Below, one piece after another: positions 17,495 to 27,165 of a stretch of DNA of 64,000 nt (position 1 is the first letter of the stretch; every line of letters starts with the position of its first letter). This DNA is from Bdellovibrionota bacterium (GTDB lineage: Bacteria; Bdellovibrionota; UBA1018; CAIPTA01; JAALKR01): positions 1,248,001 through 1,312,000 of the forward strand of contig CBDBMJ010000001.1 in assembly GCA_965207455.1 (NCBI GenBank), given 5' to 3'. A program made the position numbers and the translations under genes. The notes under the pieces are model-generated. The model did not search any database, was not told where the DNA came from, and saw only the letters and a program-made list of their open reading frames with translations.

Positions 17495-18697
17495 ATGACA
17501 AATTTATATGTAAAAGGAATATTTTTAATACTAATCACCGCTATCAATATGTTTTTTGTGTTTGAAGCGAAATCTAAAAATAAAACTCATAAAATAAAAA
17601 ATGCAGCTCCATCTTATGAAATTAAGAATGGAAAATGTCGTGCCCCACATAAATGTTCCTATGATATTCTCATTGGGACTAAATATTCCAAAAAAGATCT
17701 GACTGCTATAGCTTATGAATTAAAATCATTATCACCAGTAGTTAAGCGTATTTTTATAACATATTACCTTCCATGTATGGAGATTGGTGCAGGCGCATGG
17801 GCTACTAGTCATTTTTTACCTGAACTTTCTGTTAATACTTATGATGCTGTTCTTGAGCTTTTGGCAAAATGTGCAAAATTCCATAAAAAGAAGAGAAACA
17901 AACCAATAAAAACTAAAAATACTAAAAAAATAAATGTAAAAATTGACTTAAAGTCAGAATTTAAAAATGGGAAATTATATATAAAAGGAAAAACAAATCT
18001 ACCTGATAAAACTCGATTGCTTATCAGCTTGTCAAAAAAGAAATGTGACCATCATTATTTCTTAATTGATGCGAATGTTCAAAATAGAATTTTTGAAGGA
18101 GTCATATATAACGATAAGAATGAGGAAAAATCATTACCAAATGGAAAATATATAATAAAGATTGAAAGCTCATTAATTGAACTTATGGATAAATCAGTAC
18201 AAAAAACTTTAGGAATTTATGGTGAAAATATGACAGGAAAATTAATTTCTAAATGGAGTATAGGAGGCAGTAATAAGGTTAAATTCGTATCAAGATATGT
18301 TATAACTAATTCTTTTGATGTAAAAAGCGATTCTTTATTATTAAAAAAACAATTAAAAATTTTTAAAAACCATTATAATAAATTAAAAAAATTATGCTGC
18401 GGAAGATCTAGTTTGGACGCTACCGGCTTAGATTGGAGCGTAAAGGGCGTGGAATGGAATAGGGAAAGAGAGAGATTAATAGCTGATTTTTATAAAAAAT
18501 TTGGACGAACTTTAAATGAGTATGATGGTGTGTGCACAAGAGCTAAGCTAAACTCAAGTGCCTTTAGTCATTATATTTTCACTCTTTATCAACACATGTA
18601 TAGTAAAAGAGCAAAACATATAAAACAGTGGAAAAAAAATATAAAAGAAATTATTCTTGAAATTGAATCAGATCTAAAATCGTGCAGTAAATGTTAA
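17495..18697 (+). CDS. Hypothetical secreted, basic, Cys-rich multidomain protein
   Basis: N-terminal signal or TM segment, 400 aa, in the AT-rich island. Confidence 0.7.
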   Translation: MTNLYVKGIFLILITAINMFFVFEAKSKNKTHKIKNAAPSYEIKNGKCRAPHKCSYDILIGTKYSKKDLTAIAYELKSLSPVVKRIFITYYLPCMEIGAGAWATSHFLPELSVNTYDAVLELLAKCAKFHKKKRNKPIKTKNTKKINVKIDLKSEFKNGKLYIKGKTNLPDKTRLLISLSKKKCDHHYFLIDANVQNRIFEGVIYNDKNEEKSLPNGKYIIKIESSLIELMDKSVQKTLGIYGENMTGKLISKWSIGGSNKVKFVSRYVITNSFDVKSDSLLLKKQLKIFKNHYNKLKKLCCGRSSLDATGLDWSVKGVEWNRERERLIADFYKKFGRTLNEYDGVCTRAKLNSSAFSHYIFTLYQHMYSKRAKHIKQWKKNIKEIILEIESDLKSCSKC

Positions 18698-18731
18698 AAG
18701 ATAATTTTAATTAATTACGAAAGGAGAAAAT

Positions 18732-19022
18732 ATGGATAAAGAAAAAATAATGAGAATACCTCTCACAAAAAAATCTAGCGATTCATTGAAAACTATGCTA
18801 GAATCCCTAAATAAAAATATTAAAGCAAAGATAAAAAAGACAAATTTCTTGTCTTGGATCATTTTAGATTATCAAAATAAATATTTTTCAAAAAATATGA
18901 AAAAAATTCAAAGTGAGCTTCAAGACCCTATAGATTATGCCAAAGCGATACTAGAAGATCTGCAAAAATCTAAGAAGAAAGTAACTTTAAGTGAAATATC
19001 AACTATGCTTAAAAAATCATAG
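18732..19022 (+). CDS. Hypothetical small basic protein (possibly DNA-binding)
   Basis: RBS aaggag; 96 aa, Lys-rich. Confidence 0.6.
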   Translation: MDKEKIMRIPLTKKSSDSLKTMLESLNKNIKAKIKKTNFLSWIILDYQNKYFSKNMKKIQSELQDPIDYAKAILEDLQKSKKKVTLSEISTMLKKS

Positions 19023-19025
19023 ACC

Positions 19026-19244
19026 CTACAGTTCTTTTATAATTTCTGACATTTCCATATCTAAGGCTATTGCTACATTTTTAAGGGTAGTAAAACAAAT
19101 GTCTTGCCCAGACTCAATCCGTTGCCAATGCTTCCAGCACGGGAAGTTGAGCTTCGGCAAGGATATTTCCCTTTCTTGTCGCAGCGCTCTAATTCTTTTC
19201 CCTAGTTTTTTCTTTAACATTTTTTTCTGATGAGGCGTTTGCAT
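19026..19244 (-). CDS. XRE-family HTH regulator
   Basis: LGKRIRALRQEREIS...WQRIESGQDICFTTLKNVAIALD. Confidence 0.8.
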   Translation of the reverse strand: MQTPHQKKMLKKKLGKRIRALRQEREISLPKLNFPCWKHWQRIESGQDICFTTLKNVAIALDMEMSEIIKEL

Positions 19245-19323
19245 GATTTTCCCCTTGCTATCAAGGTTACCGTTAGATATATGTAGGCAATACCGTTAGT
19301 TAACGGTAGATTGTTTTGATAAA

Positions 19324-19737
19324 ATGGGAATAAATAGCGACAAACATAAAAAAACACCTTTGATCATAGCAAGGCTAATATTTGCTCAAAAGCTGGTTCA
19401 AATTAGGCGCAAGGCAAATTTATCTTTTTTTAAAGCAGCAAAACTTGCCAAAATAAGCCCAATTGTGCTTTTTCATTATGAATGGGGATTTAAAGACCCT
19501 CCAGGCTACATTATTAGCCGTTTACTCGGAAAGATTTATAATGCAAGTGAGGAAGACATTTTTTATTTCTGTTCTTTTCTGAGAACGTCGATGCTAAAAG
19601 AATTGAACGACAAGAGGCTGTGGAGATATTTATCTCTAATAGCACAAAAATTAAGCTATACTCCAAACCCTAAAAAATCCGAAAACAAAACAAACAACAT
19701 GCGTATGTTTTCTATTGATACCTCTATAAACAAATAA
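19324..19737 (+). CDS. XRE-family HTH protein
   Basis: FAQKLVQIRRKANLS..KAAKLAKIS....HYEWG..DPP. Divergent from the XRE gene at 19026-19244. Confidence 0.65.
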   Translation: MGINSDKHKKTPLIIARLIFAQKLVQIRRKANLSFFKAAKLAKISPIVLFHYEWGFKDPPGYIISRLLGKIYNASEEDIFYFCSFLRTSMLKELNDKRLWRYLSLIAQKLSYTPNPKKSENKTNNMRMFSIDTSINK

Positions 19738-19813
19738 TTATCACCTCTTAAAAACCTAAAAAAAACACCTTATATTTCAACTGTATAGACAAACATACGC
19801 CTCTTCTTATGAG

Positions 19814-20083
19814 GTGATTATGAAAGATATTGACTTGATTAATGAGTGTAATTCTGATAAAACTGTTAATACTACAGGTTCTACGAAAGATAGGACTTTG
19901 TTCTTTGAAAATTTGATAACGATAGATGAATTAGCGGCTGAATTGGGTATAGCCCCTAAGACGATTAGAAATTGGGTTGCGTTAAGAAAAATCCCATTTA
20001 TAAGACTGGGAAGACGCACCTTATTCCGTCAAGGAAGTTTGAAGGAATGGCTAGATCGAAAGGAGATCAAACCATGTCTGTGA
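19814..20083 (+). CDS. Excisionase-like helix-turn-helix protein
   Basis: LITIDELAAELGIAPKTIRNW....IPFIRLGRRTLF. Overlaps the integrase start. Confidence 0.85.
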   Translation: MIMKDIDLINECNSDKTVNTTGSTKDRTLFFENLITIDELAAELGIAPKTIRNWVALRKIPFIRLGRRTLFRQGSLKEWLDRKEIKPCL

Positions 20084-21282
20084 TAAATATAAAAAGAAAA
20101 AATAAAAATAAGTATCGAGCTGAGGTCTATGTGAGGGGAGTAAAGTTAGGTTGTCAAACCTTTTCTTCTAAAACCCTTGCATGGCAATGGCATGATGCTG
20201 AAAAAGAACGGCTAGAAAACCCCAAAAAAGCGAAAAAGAAAGAAATACAGGAAATGACTTTTAAAGAAGTTATTAAGCGATTTAAAAAAGAAAGGATACC
20301 TTATTTAAAAAGCTCCACGGCTGCAAACTATGAACAGTTATACAAATATTTACTTGAAGATAAGAAAACTTCAAATATAAAAATGTGTGACTTTGATTCA
20401 GAGGTAGTGGACGAGTGGCTAAGCTGGTTGTTGAAACACAAAACAGTTAAAAATAAGGGAAGAAAATCTTTTAATTTAGAGCTTAAACGCCTGTCGGCTA
20501 TTCTTAATTGGTATAAAAACTATATAAGTGCGGACTTTAATGTGCCTGTTGTAAAAAGGCATAGAGAACGATGCTTTTATAAACCTATAAAGTCACGTCG
20601 CCCCGACTACTACATAAACCCAGAGGACATAAGGAACTGGCTTAAAGAGCTAGAAAAGTGCTATACGCCGATATACTGGCATGTAGCTCAATTTATGACT
20701 CTCACAGGTGCTAGAGTAGGCGAGGCTTGCGGACTGAAATGGAGTGAGATCGATCTGGAACGAAAGACCGCCAGAATTATAAGGATAGTGAGTTGGCATA
20801 AGAAAAACAAAAAACCCTATGTTGTAGAATCCACTAAGACTGAGGAATCTGTGAGAATGTTGATATTGCCTCAAATTTTAGTCGATTTACTTTGGGAAAT
20901 AAAAACAACCCAAGGGAATGGAGAGGAGTTTGTTTTCTTAAGTCCAAAGGGCAGTCTTTTAAAGTACAATGCTATTCAGAACGCCTTTAATAGGGCATTT
21001 AAGAGGCTGGGGCTTCCGTGGAGGTCAACCCATATCTGTCGCCATACATTCGCTACGATAGCACTTATGGCAACCAGAGACCTATCTGCGGTGCAAGCTG
21101 CTCTTGGGCATACAGATATAAAGATCACCCAAAGGTATGCCAAGGCGGTAGCACTATTAAGTTCTGATACAGCAGAGAAAACAGCAGCAATGTTTAACCT
21201 TGATGAAAATAAAACTAAAAAGGATCGTTCTTTTAAAAATCAGAATATTTTCAGCAAAAGAAAACTTAGCATTGTTAGGTAG
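20074..21282 (+). CDS. Tyrosine recombinase/integrase
   Basis: TGARVGE, STKT, HICRH, LGH and TQRY catalytic residues. RBS aaggag precedes ATG 20074. Confidence 0.95.
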   Translation: MSVINIKRKNKNKYRAEVYVRGVKLGCQTFSSKTLAWQWHDAEKERLENPKKAKKKEIQEMTFKEVIKRFKKERIPYLKSSTAANYEQLYKYLLEDKKTSNIKMCDFDSEVVDEWLSWLLKHKTVKNKGRKSFNLELKRLSAILNWYKNYISADFNVPVVKRHRERCFYKPIKSRRPDYYINPEDIRNWLKELEKCYTPIYWHVAQFMTLTGARVGEACGLKWSEIDLERKTARIIRIVSWHKKNKKPYVVESTKTEESVRMLILPQILVDLLWEIKTTQGNGEEFVFLSPKGSLLKYNAIQNAFNRAFKRLGLPWRSTHICRHTFATIALMATRDLSAVQAALGHTDIKITQRYAKAVALLSSDTAEKTAAMFNLDENKTKKDRSFKNQNIFSKRKLSIVR

Positions 21283-21302
21283 TTACAGCGTTTTTTTAAA
21301 AA

Positions 21303-21399
21303 AATCGCTTCCAAATCACTTCCAAAATAGCAAAATAGGCATTTTTTAGTGAATCTTGAAAATGTCAAGCGAAAAAATCGCTTCCAAAATCGCTTCCAA
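21303..21399 (+). repeat. Two pairs of aatc(g/a)cttccaa direct repeats; probable integrase arm-type binding sites
   Basis: Copies at 21303, 21314, 21376 and 21388, between the integrase stop and the tRNA 3' end. Confidence 0.7.
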
Positions 21400-21450
21400 C
21401 GTGTAATTGGAAAAAAATAAGTTAGTAATTTCAGTAGTTTGTGCACTTTT

Positions 21451-21537
21451 TGGTGCCTCCCGGGAGAATCGAACTCCCACATCCGTGAAGATACGGGATT
21501 TTGAATCCCGCGCGTCTACCAGTTCCGCCAGAGAGGC
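21451..21537 (-). tRNA. tRNA-Leu (anticodon CAA)
   Basis: Reverse complement GCCTCTCTGGCGGAACTGGTAGACGCGCGGGATTCAAAATCCCG...GTTCGATTCTCCCGGGAGGCACCA. Long variable arm and encoded CCA. Confidence 0.97.
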
Positions 21538-21596
21538 GCACACAAGTCTGAAGGCTACCATTTATCTAGCGTAGTGTATAGATTCACAGCAGGGGT

Positions 21597-22424
21597 TTAA
21601 ATAATGCGCAGTGAAATTCCGCTGCTAAGATGGGCAATGGCTATGACGCTAAAGCTCAGCAGATAGATGAAAAAGTAGGCGTACTTCCAGTTTAAAAGTA
21701 TGCGGGTATAGAGATATAGAGAGCACGTCAACCAGGTCAGCACGGGAAGCACATTAGCTGTAACAAATTGAATAAGTTCAATGGCTCCCAAAAGTTGGTG
21801 ATTGTCTATCATTAAAAGAATTTTTGAGCATAGAGCGGTGGTGAGCAAGGGAATGGCAAACAGGACAAGTCGCTGACAGGAGTAATCGATTTCCTGAATG
21901 TGACGATCGAGGGGGAATTTATTTTTTGGAGTTTTCCACAGAAAGTACAATTTCTTTCCCAATACCCGTATCCACAGAAGCATACCTAAACCACAAAAAG
22001 TGCAGCCCAGTATAAAAGTACCTTGATAGAAGCTTAACTGCTGTAGCACTTCGGGTGTATTATGACCAAGAGGGGCGATGAAAAAGAGAAGAATGCTGCC
22101 ATAGAGAGGAAGAGAACCCGTATGGCTATCAGGATACACACTACTCATTAAAATTCCGACAAAATGAAATGCCCATGGAAGCAGGAGACGGGCAAAAGGA
22201 AGATCCTGGGAAATACCTAAATACAATCGAAAGCCATAGATCAGTAACGTTATAGTGAGGAAGAAAAACCCTGCTTTTTCCACCCAAGTGGTCCAATTTT
22301 TAAACGAGTAGTTCAACTTTATGGCACTAACAGCATGCCCCAACGCACCCAATAGATAGAAAAAAATAGTGCAGTAAAAGAGGCTGACCATAGATTCCTT
22401 ATAACAGAACTTTTTCATTATCAC
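21597..22424 (-). CDS. CcsA/YpjD-like polytopic membrane protein (degenerate; no WWD motif)
   Basis: About 8 TM. The IDYSCQRLVLFAIPLLT and LTWL...LY pattern resembles cytochrome c assembly proteins. Confidence 0.5.
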   Translation of the reverse strand: MIMKKFCYKESMVSLFYCTIFFYLLGALGHAVSAIKLNYSFKNWTTWVEKAGFFFLTITLLIYGFRLYLGISQDLPFARLLLPWAFHFVGILMSSVYPDSHTGSLPLYGSILLFFIAPLGHNTPEVLQQLSFYQGTFILGCTFCGLGMLLWIRVLGKKLYFLWKTPKNKFPLDRHIQEIDYSCQRLVLFAIPLLTTALCSKILLMIDNHQLLGAIELIQFVTANVLPVLTWLTCSLYLYTRILLNWKYAYFFIYLLSFSVIAIAHLSSGISLRII

Positions 22425-22431
22425 ACCAACT

Positions 22432-22447
22432 TGGCACTAAAATTGCA
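22432..22447 (+). promoter_or_regulatory. Sigma54 (-24/-12) promoter
   Basis: TGGCAC-taaaa-TTGCA, consensus match. Confidence 0.75.
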
Positions 22448-22459
22448 ACGTCTCATGCA

Positions 22460-23749
22460 ATGGAAGTTGTACAAGAAAAAACATTCCGCATGAAAAATCC
22501 CATTAAACAGCCAGAGGATGGGTTAAACCTCTATAGTAAGGTGGAGCTTTGTCCATTCTACGGAGTTAAGAAAAATATTTTTCTACGCCACCAAAGCTAT
22601 ACGTTTGGCTCCAGCCCCCAATGCGACATAAAATTAGATGATCCCTTTGTCTCCCAAACCCACGCAAAGATCACCCTAGGAAAGAACAATATTTATACCG
22701 TTGAAGACATGGGATCCAGAAATGGTCTCTACCTAAACGGCACTCGTTTGCAAAAAGCATACCTACCAAAATCAGGAGTCCTAAGATTCGGGCAGTCCTA
22801 TCTTGAGTGGCAAGAAGAGCGGAAAAAAATAATGAACTTTCCTCAAGGAATTCTCACCTCTTCCCCAAAAATGAAGTCCCTACTTATGGAGATAAAACAA
22901 GCTTCCCTTTCGCAAATGCCCATATTGTTATTTGGAGAAACAGGCACAGGAAAAGAGCTGGTGGCAAGAGCCATTCATCAATGGAGTGGGAGAAAAAAAT
23001 TTGTGGCATTAAATTGTGCTGGCCTAGATAACTCTTTGGTGGATAGTGAGCTGTTTGGTCACCGCAAGGGTGCCTTCACCAGTTCTGAAAAAAATCGATT
23101 GGGAGCTATTCTTAGTGCCCATAGAGGAAGTCTTTTTCTCGACGAGCTGGAGGAACTGCCTCCCTCTATCCAAGCCAAGCTACTTCGTGTGCTGGAAGGT
23201 GGAGAAGTGCGAGCCTTGGGTTCAGACAGTCCCCAAATCAGTGACTTTCGTCTCATAACAGCCACCAATAGACCCCTAGAAGAAGCCATAGAAAAAAAAC
23301 GATTTCGCCTAGACCTTTACTATCGTGTTGCTGGTTTTTGCTTTACCATTCCACCCCTAAGAGAACGAAAAGAGGATATTGAACTCATTGCCCAAAGCCT
23401 ATTAATGGATCAGGGTATGCAATTGAGTGAACAGTGCCTAGAAAAACTAAAGGAGCATAGTTGGCCCGGCAATGTTCGAGAATTGAAGTTGACGATCAAT
23501 CGAGCCATATCTTCTGCTAAACTCTTTCAAGCCAAAATCATTGAAAGCCAATGGATTAAAATTCACAACTTCAGCTATAATGAAAATAATTGTCATGAGA
23601 AGAAGAACCTACAGGAAGTTGAAAGGGAGCACATCCATAAAAGCCTCATACAATTTAACTGGCGATACAAGGCAGTAGCAAGTGAGCTGGGCATTGCTCG
23701 CTCCACTCTTTTTGAAAAAATAAAAAAGTATAATCTAAATAAAGAGTAA
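22460..23749 (+). CDS. FHA-domain sigma54-dependent transcriptional activator
   Basis: FHA (VSQTHA, DMGSRNG), GETGTGKE, SELFGHRKGAFTS, LFLDE, WPGNVREL, Fis-type HTH. Confidence 0.92.
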   Translation: MEVVQEKTFRMKNPIKQPEDGLNLYSKVELCPFYGVKKNIFLRHQSYTFGSSPQCDIKLDDPFVSQTHAKITLGKNNIYTVEDMGSRNGLYLNGTRLQKAYLPKSGVLRFGQSYLEWQEERKKIMNFPQGILTSSPKMKSLLMEIKQASLSQMPILLFGETGTGKELVARAIHQWSGRKKFVALNCAGLDNSLVDSELFGHRKGAFTSSEKNRLGAILSAHRGSLFLDELEELPPSIQAKLLRVLEGGEVRALGSDSPQISDFRLITATNRPLEEAIEKKRFRLDLYYRVAGFCFTIPPLRERKEDIELIAQSLLMDQGMQLSEQCLEKLKEHSWPGNVRELKLTINRAISSAKLFQAKIIESQWIKIHNFSYNENNCHEKKNLQEVEREHIHKSLIQFNWRYKAVASELGIARSTLFEKIKKYNLNKE

Positions 23750-23757
23750 AAAGTGTT

Positions 23758-24345
23758 CTACTTGAAAACTATTTTGTCGAAATAAATGTTGTGAATACGA
23801 CCTATACGCATCTTCTCATTTAAAATGCGCTTCATTTTTTCCTGTATTTCTTTCTTACCCTTACTACTCCTAATCATCTCTTCCCGAACATTCTGCACTT
23901 CTCCAATAATAGCATCATAGAGTATGGGGTGCTGGCTCTGAGCCCGTAGGGCAGTTTTAGGACTATCACACTCCAGTAAAATCGAAAAACTCACAATGCC
24001 AGTACTACCATCAGTTTTAGTAATGTTCATCCTCACATCAGTCAAATGGACCATCTTAGCAGCCGAACGCTTATCCTCCACTTTTCGAGACAACATTGTT
24101 TCCATTCTATGAAAGTCACCCTTCTTCTCTTTCACCTCTAATTCTTTTTTCTTTTCATAGATCATTTTAGAAAGTTTATCCTGAGGAATGCCTTCATCAT
24201 TGAAAAATAATAAAGTAAATAAGTTAATAGCGCCATAAACAGTAACGCTTAAACAAATAATAATCGTCAGAATAAAGACGGGTACATACACTCTACCCTC
24301 TTGCTTGCTCTCACCATATACTCGTATTTTTAAAAACCTAGCCAT
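23758..24345 (-). CDS. fliL: Flagellar basal body-associated FliL-family protein
   Basis: N-terminal TM; LTDVRMNI, ILYDAII, GKKEIQEKM, IHNIYF pattern. Confidence 0.7.
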   Translation of the reverse strand: MARFLKIRVYGESKQEGRVYVPVFILTIIICLSVTVYGAINLFTLLFFNDEGIPQDKLSKMIYEKKKELEVKEKKGDFHRMETMLSRKVEDKRSAAKMVHLTDVRMNITKTDGSTGIVSFSILLECDSPKTALRAQSQHPILYDAIIGEVQNVREEMIRSSKGKKEIQEKMKRILNEKMRIGRIHNIYFDKIVFK

Positions 24346-24436
24346 ACTTGCCTACCCTATTAAAACATTTTTATGCTTATCTCTCAATCCACGAAAAATC
24401 ATTAAATATTCTCTTAATCCAGACGATAAGTCCCAC

Positions 24437-25126
24437 ATGAGACAAATACTACAACTACTATGGGTGTTGAGTCTATGCCTAACCAACACTGGCTGCGCTA
24501 GCCTAGCGGTAGGACTGGGAGTCCAGCTAGAACCAGAGCCTGAAGAAACATACACGGAAATAATATACATAACTAATGCTCAAATAAGTAATGCTCAAAA
24601 CTCAAATTCTAATCGAGATCCAAGTTCAGCACTTCCATCCCTCGTACCTGATACCGTAATAAAAGAAATGAAAAAACCATACGAAGTTTCCAACCTATCA
24701 AAACAGGCACAGCCTGAACAGCCACAGCCTGAACAGGCACAGCCTGAACAGCCACAGCCTGAACAGCCACAGCCAGAGCAAGCACAACCAGAGCAACCAC
24801 AGCCTATGCAGCCAAAATCAAAAGCAATGCAGCAGGCAGAACTAAAACCACAACCAGTGCCTCTAGTAAGTAAGGAAGAAAAGGTTCGACAAGCCATCAT
24901 ATCCAGAGATATAATTTTAGGAATGTCTCGAGGCGAAGTAATTGAAAGCTGGGGAAAAGCCAGCATACGACAAACTTTTATTCCGGAAATAGCAACTACG
25001 GAAAAACAGCGCCAACCTGCTTCCGTTAGTGTCGGCCATGAACTTTGGATTTATGGGAACCCATACTCCCGACAAATAAAAAGAGAAATTATCTTTCATT
25101 ATGGATATGTAACGGGATGGCGATGA
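24437..25126 (+). CDS. Putative lipoprotein with a QPEQ(P/A) repeat linker
   Basis: MRQILQLLWVLSLCLTNTGC lipobox. C-terminal IILGMSRGEVIESWG...LWIY...IIF domain. Confidence 0.75.
   Translation: MRQILQLLWVLSLCLTNTGCASLAVGLGVQLEPEPEETYTEIIYITNAQISNAQNSNSNRDPSSALPSLVPDTVIKEMKKPYEVSNLSKQAQPEQPQPEQAQPEQPQPEQPQPEQAQPEQPQPMQPKSKAMQQAELKPQPVPLVSKEEKVRQAIISRDIILGMSRGEVIESWGKASIRQTFIPEIATTEKQRQPASVSVGHELWIYGNPYSRQIKREIIFHYGYVTGWR
24703..24807 (+). repeat. 15-bp coding tandem repeat (QPEQP/QPEQA)
   Basis: About 6 to 7 cagcctgaacagcca/gca units. Confidence 0.9.
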
Positions 25127-25842
25127 AAAAAGAAAGGACGAGGGCTATGAATTTTATGGTAGATTACTCGCTACATTTTGTTCGAATGATAATCTTTCTT
25201 TCCCTGATTTTTGTTGTCACTAATCTAGCAAACGCTCCAGCAAAAAATAAGTTTCAAAAGAGAGAACTCAGTAGCTTAGCCTCTATCCAAGAAAAACAAG
25301 TGGACGAAGAACTATCCAACTACCAACATTGCTACGGAATTCAAATGACCTATGGAGATATCTCATCCACACGAAGACGAACCTGCAAAGTAATGCTCCT
25401 ACATAAACTGAAAATGGCTCTCTCCACCCCAGGTACTTATTTTCCTCAAGCACTCCATTTTAAATGTAAAAATATAGGAATAGGCTTTACACAGTTTTAC
25501 AACAATGAAAACACTCTAAGCTTTAAACTCAAACCCAATGAAGAATATAAAGCCATCGATCTGGCTATCCGTAACTATATGAAAAAAGAAAAAGACATTC
25601 AAAAATGGATACAAGCCAAACAAGCCTGTCACTCCTATCTCAAGTGTCAAAAGTCCATGAAGCTATCAAAATTAAGCCTACGGGACTCGGAAGATTGCAG
25701 CAAAAATAACCCAAAGCCAAAGAGCTTTATCCAAGCCCTCTTCTATCAAAAACAAAACGGACCCTTTATTGCTGATTTTGTGGAATCCCAAACCACACTC
25801 ACCTCTGCCTCCCAGCAGAATCACAAACAAGAAAAAAGGTAA
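25123..25842 (+). CDS. Hypothetical membrane-anchored Cys-rich protein
   Basis: ATGA overlap with the upstream gene; one TM segment. Confidence 0.65.
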   Translation: MKKERTRAMNFMVDYSLHFVRMIIFLSLIFVVTNLANAPAKNKFQKRELSSLASIQEKQVDEELSNYQHCYGIQMTYGDISSTRRRTCKVMLLHKLKMALSTPGTYFPQALHFKCKNIGIGFTQFYNNENTLSFKLKPNEEYKAIDLAIRNYMKKEKDIQKWIQAKQACHSYLKCQKSMKLSKLSLRDSEDCSKNNPKPKSFIQALFYQKQNGPFIADFVESQTTLTSASQQNHKQEKR

Positions 25843-25865
25843 AACCAAAACAGAAAAGGAACACC

Positions 25866-26336
25866 ATGAATATCAATATCGGAATAGAAGAAAACAAAAG
25901 AAAAGAAATAGCCCTTGGACTATCAAACTTATTGGCAGACAGCTATAGCCTGTACTTGAAAACCCATAAATTTCACTGGAATGTTACTGGCCCCATGTTT
26001 CAAACCCTTCACACCCTGTTTGAAACCCAATACACGGAACTAGCACAAGCCGTGGACACAATCGCAGAAAGAATACGAGTCATGGGAATAAAAGCCCCCG
26101 GCTCCTACCGAGAATTTATGGAACTTTCCAGCATCAAGGAAGAAGAACCCAACGATATAGGAGCTAACGAAATGCTCCAATCCCTACTCCATGGACATGA
26201 ACAAGTTGTGAGAACCGCAAAAAAAATACTCCCCATACTCGATGGAGCCAATGACGAGGGAACCGTCGGACTTTTGGGCACTCGCATTGAAACCCATGAA
26301 AAAACAACCTGGATGCTAAGAAGCCTTATAGAATAA
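25866..26336 (+). CDS. dps: DNA-binding ferritin-like protein Dps
   Basis: KTHKFHWNVTGPMFQTLH, DTIAERI, HEKTTWML. Confidence 0.96.
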   Translation: MNINIGIEENKRKEIALGLSNLLADSYSLYLKTHKFHWNVTGPMFQTLHTLFETQYTELAQAVDTIAERIRVMGIKAPGSYREFMELSSIKEEEPNDIGANEMLQSLLHGHEQVVRTAKKILPILDGANDEGTVGLLGTRIETHEKTTWMLRSLIE

Positions 26337-26364
26337 ACTGAGGGTTTCAAGGTATACTGGGTAT

Positions 26365-27165
26365 ATGCGCCCCTATTACTTTCTATTCCTCTTAGCAGCG
26401 CCAATGCTCGCTTCTTGTGGTTTTCGTGATCCTCTGGCCGGATCGGATTCTGATATAGTCACAAATTTCACCAAATGTCGATTACATCCAGCCCAAGGAA
26501 GACATAGCATCCTACAGCCATGGAGAAACCTCCCTGTTAGAGTGGTGCTGGACCGTAATTTTTATGCCACTGACGAACAGGAACAGGCAAAACATATTAA
26601 AGGCGCTATTCAACGCTGGAACGACTGGGGAAAATTAAAAGGACTGAATATCTTCACCATTGTCAATGACGATCAAGAGGCCGCATCTGGATCAAATATA
26701 CCCGTTACAGAAACCTGCGATCTACGATCCATTATGATTAACCAAGCTCAAAATGTAGACATAGGGATTTGGAAGATTGAAGCCGGAGGGGATGCTCGAA
26801 ATACAAGAGATGTGGGCGGTACTCAATGCAATCTTTTGGAAAGAGATATCCAAGGATTAGCCGCCTGGAACTTGAGCAGTAATCGCATCGACAAAGCTGC
26901 TATTATATTAAATTTCGATACTTGGAATCGACCTGGAGTTGCAACCTTTGATCTGGAAAGCATAGCACTCCATGAACTGGGTCACGCCCTAGGACTTCTC
27001 CATAGCTGTAAGATTTCACCCGGCGACCAAACTTCCGCTCCAGACTGCGCTTCAGCTTCTATTCGACTCTTTAGAACTGCGGTAATGTTTCCAAGTCTTG
27101 GAGAAAGTACGTTGAGAAGGAATTTACGTCAAAACGACTACAACCGCATTAACTGCCTGTACTAA
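26365..27165 (+). CDS. Matrixin (M10/metzincin) metalloprotease lipoprotein
   Basis: Lipobox LASC, HELGHALGLLH, AVMFP Met-turn. Confidence 0.88.
   Translation: MRPYYFLFLLAAPMLASCGFRDPLAGSDSDIVTNFTKCRLHPAQGRHSILQPWRNLPVRVVLDRNFYATDEQEQAKHIKGAIQRWNDWGKLKGLNIFTIVNDDQEAASGSNIPVTETCDLRSIMINQAQNVDIGIWKIEAGGDARNTRDVGGTQCNLLERDIQGLAAWNLSSNRIDKAAIILNFDTWNRPGVATFDLESIALHELGHALGLLHSCKISPGDQTSAPDCASASIRLFRTAVMFPSLGESTLRRNLRQNDYNRINCLY

Noticed and set aside
19972..20073. ORF-track N-terminal extension of the integrase
   Set aside because: Overlaps xis; ATG 20074 has a good RBS.
24595..24966. Cys/Gly-rich metallothionein-like ORF on the minus strand
   Set aside because: It is the antisense shadow of the QPEQ repeat.
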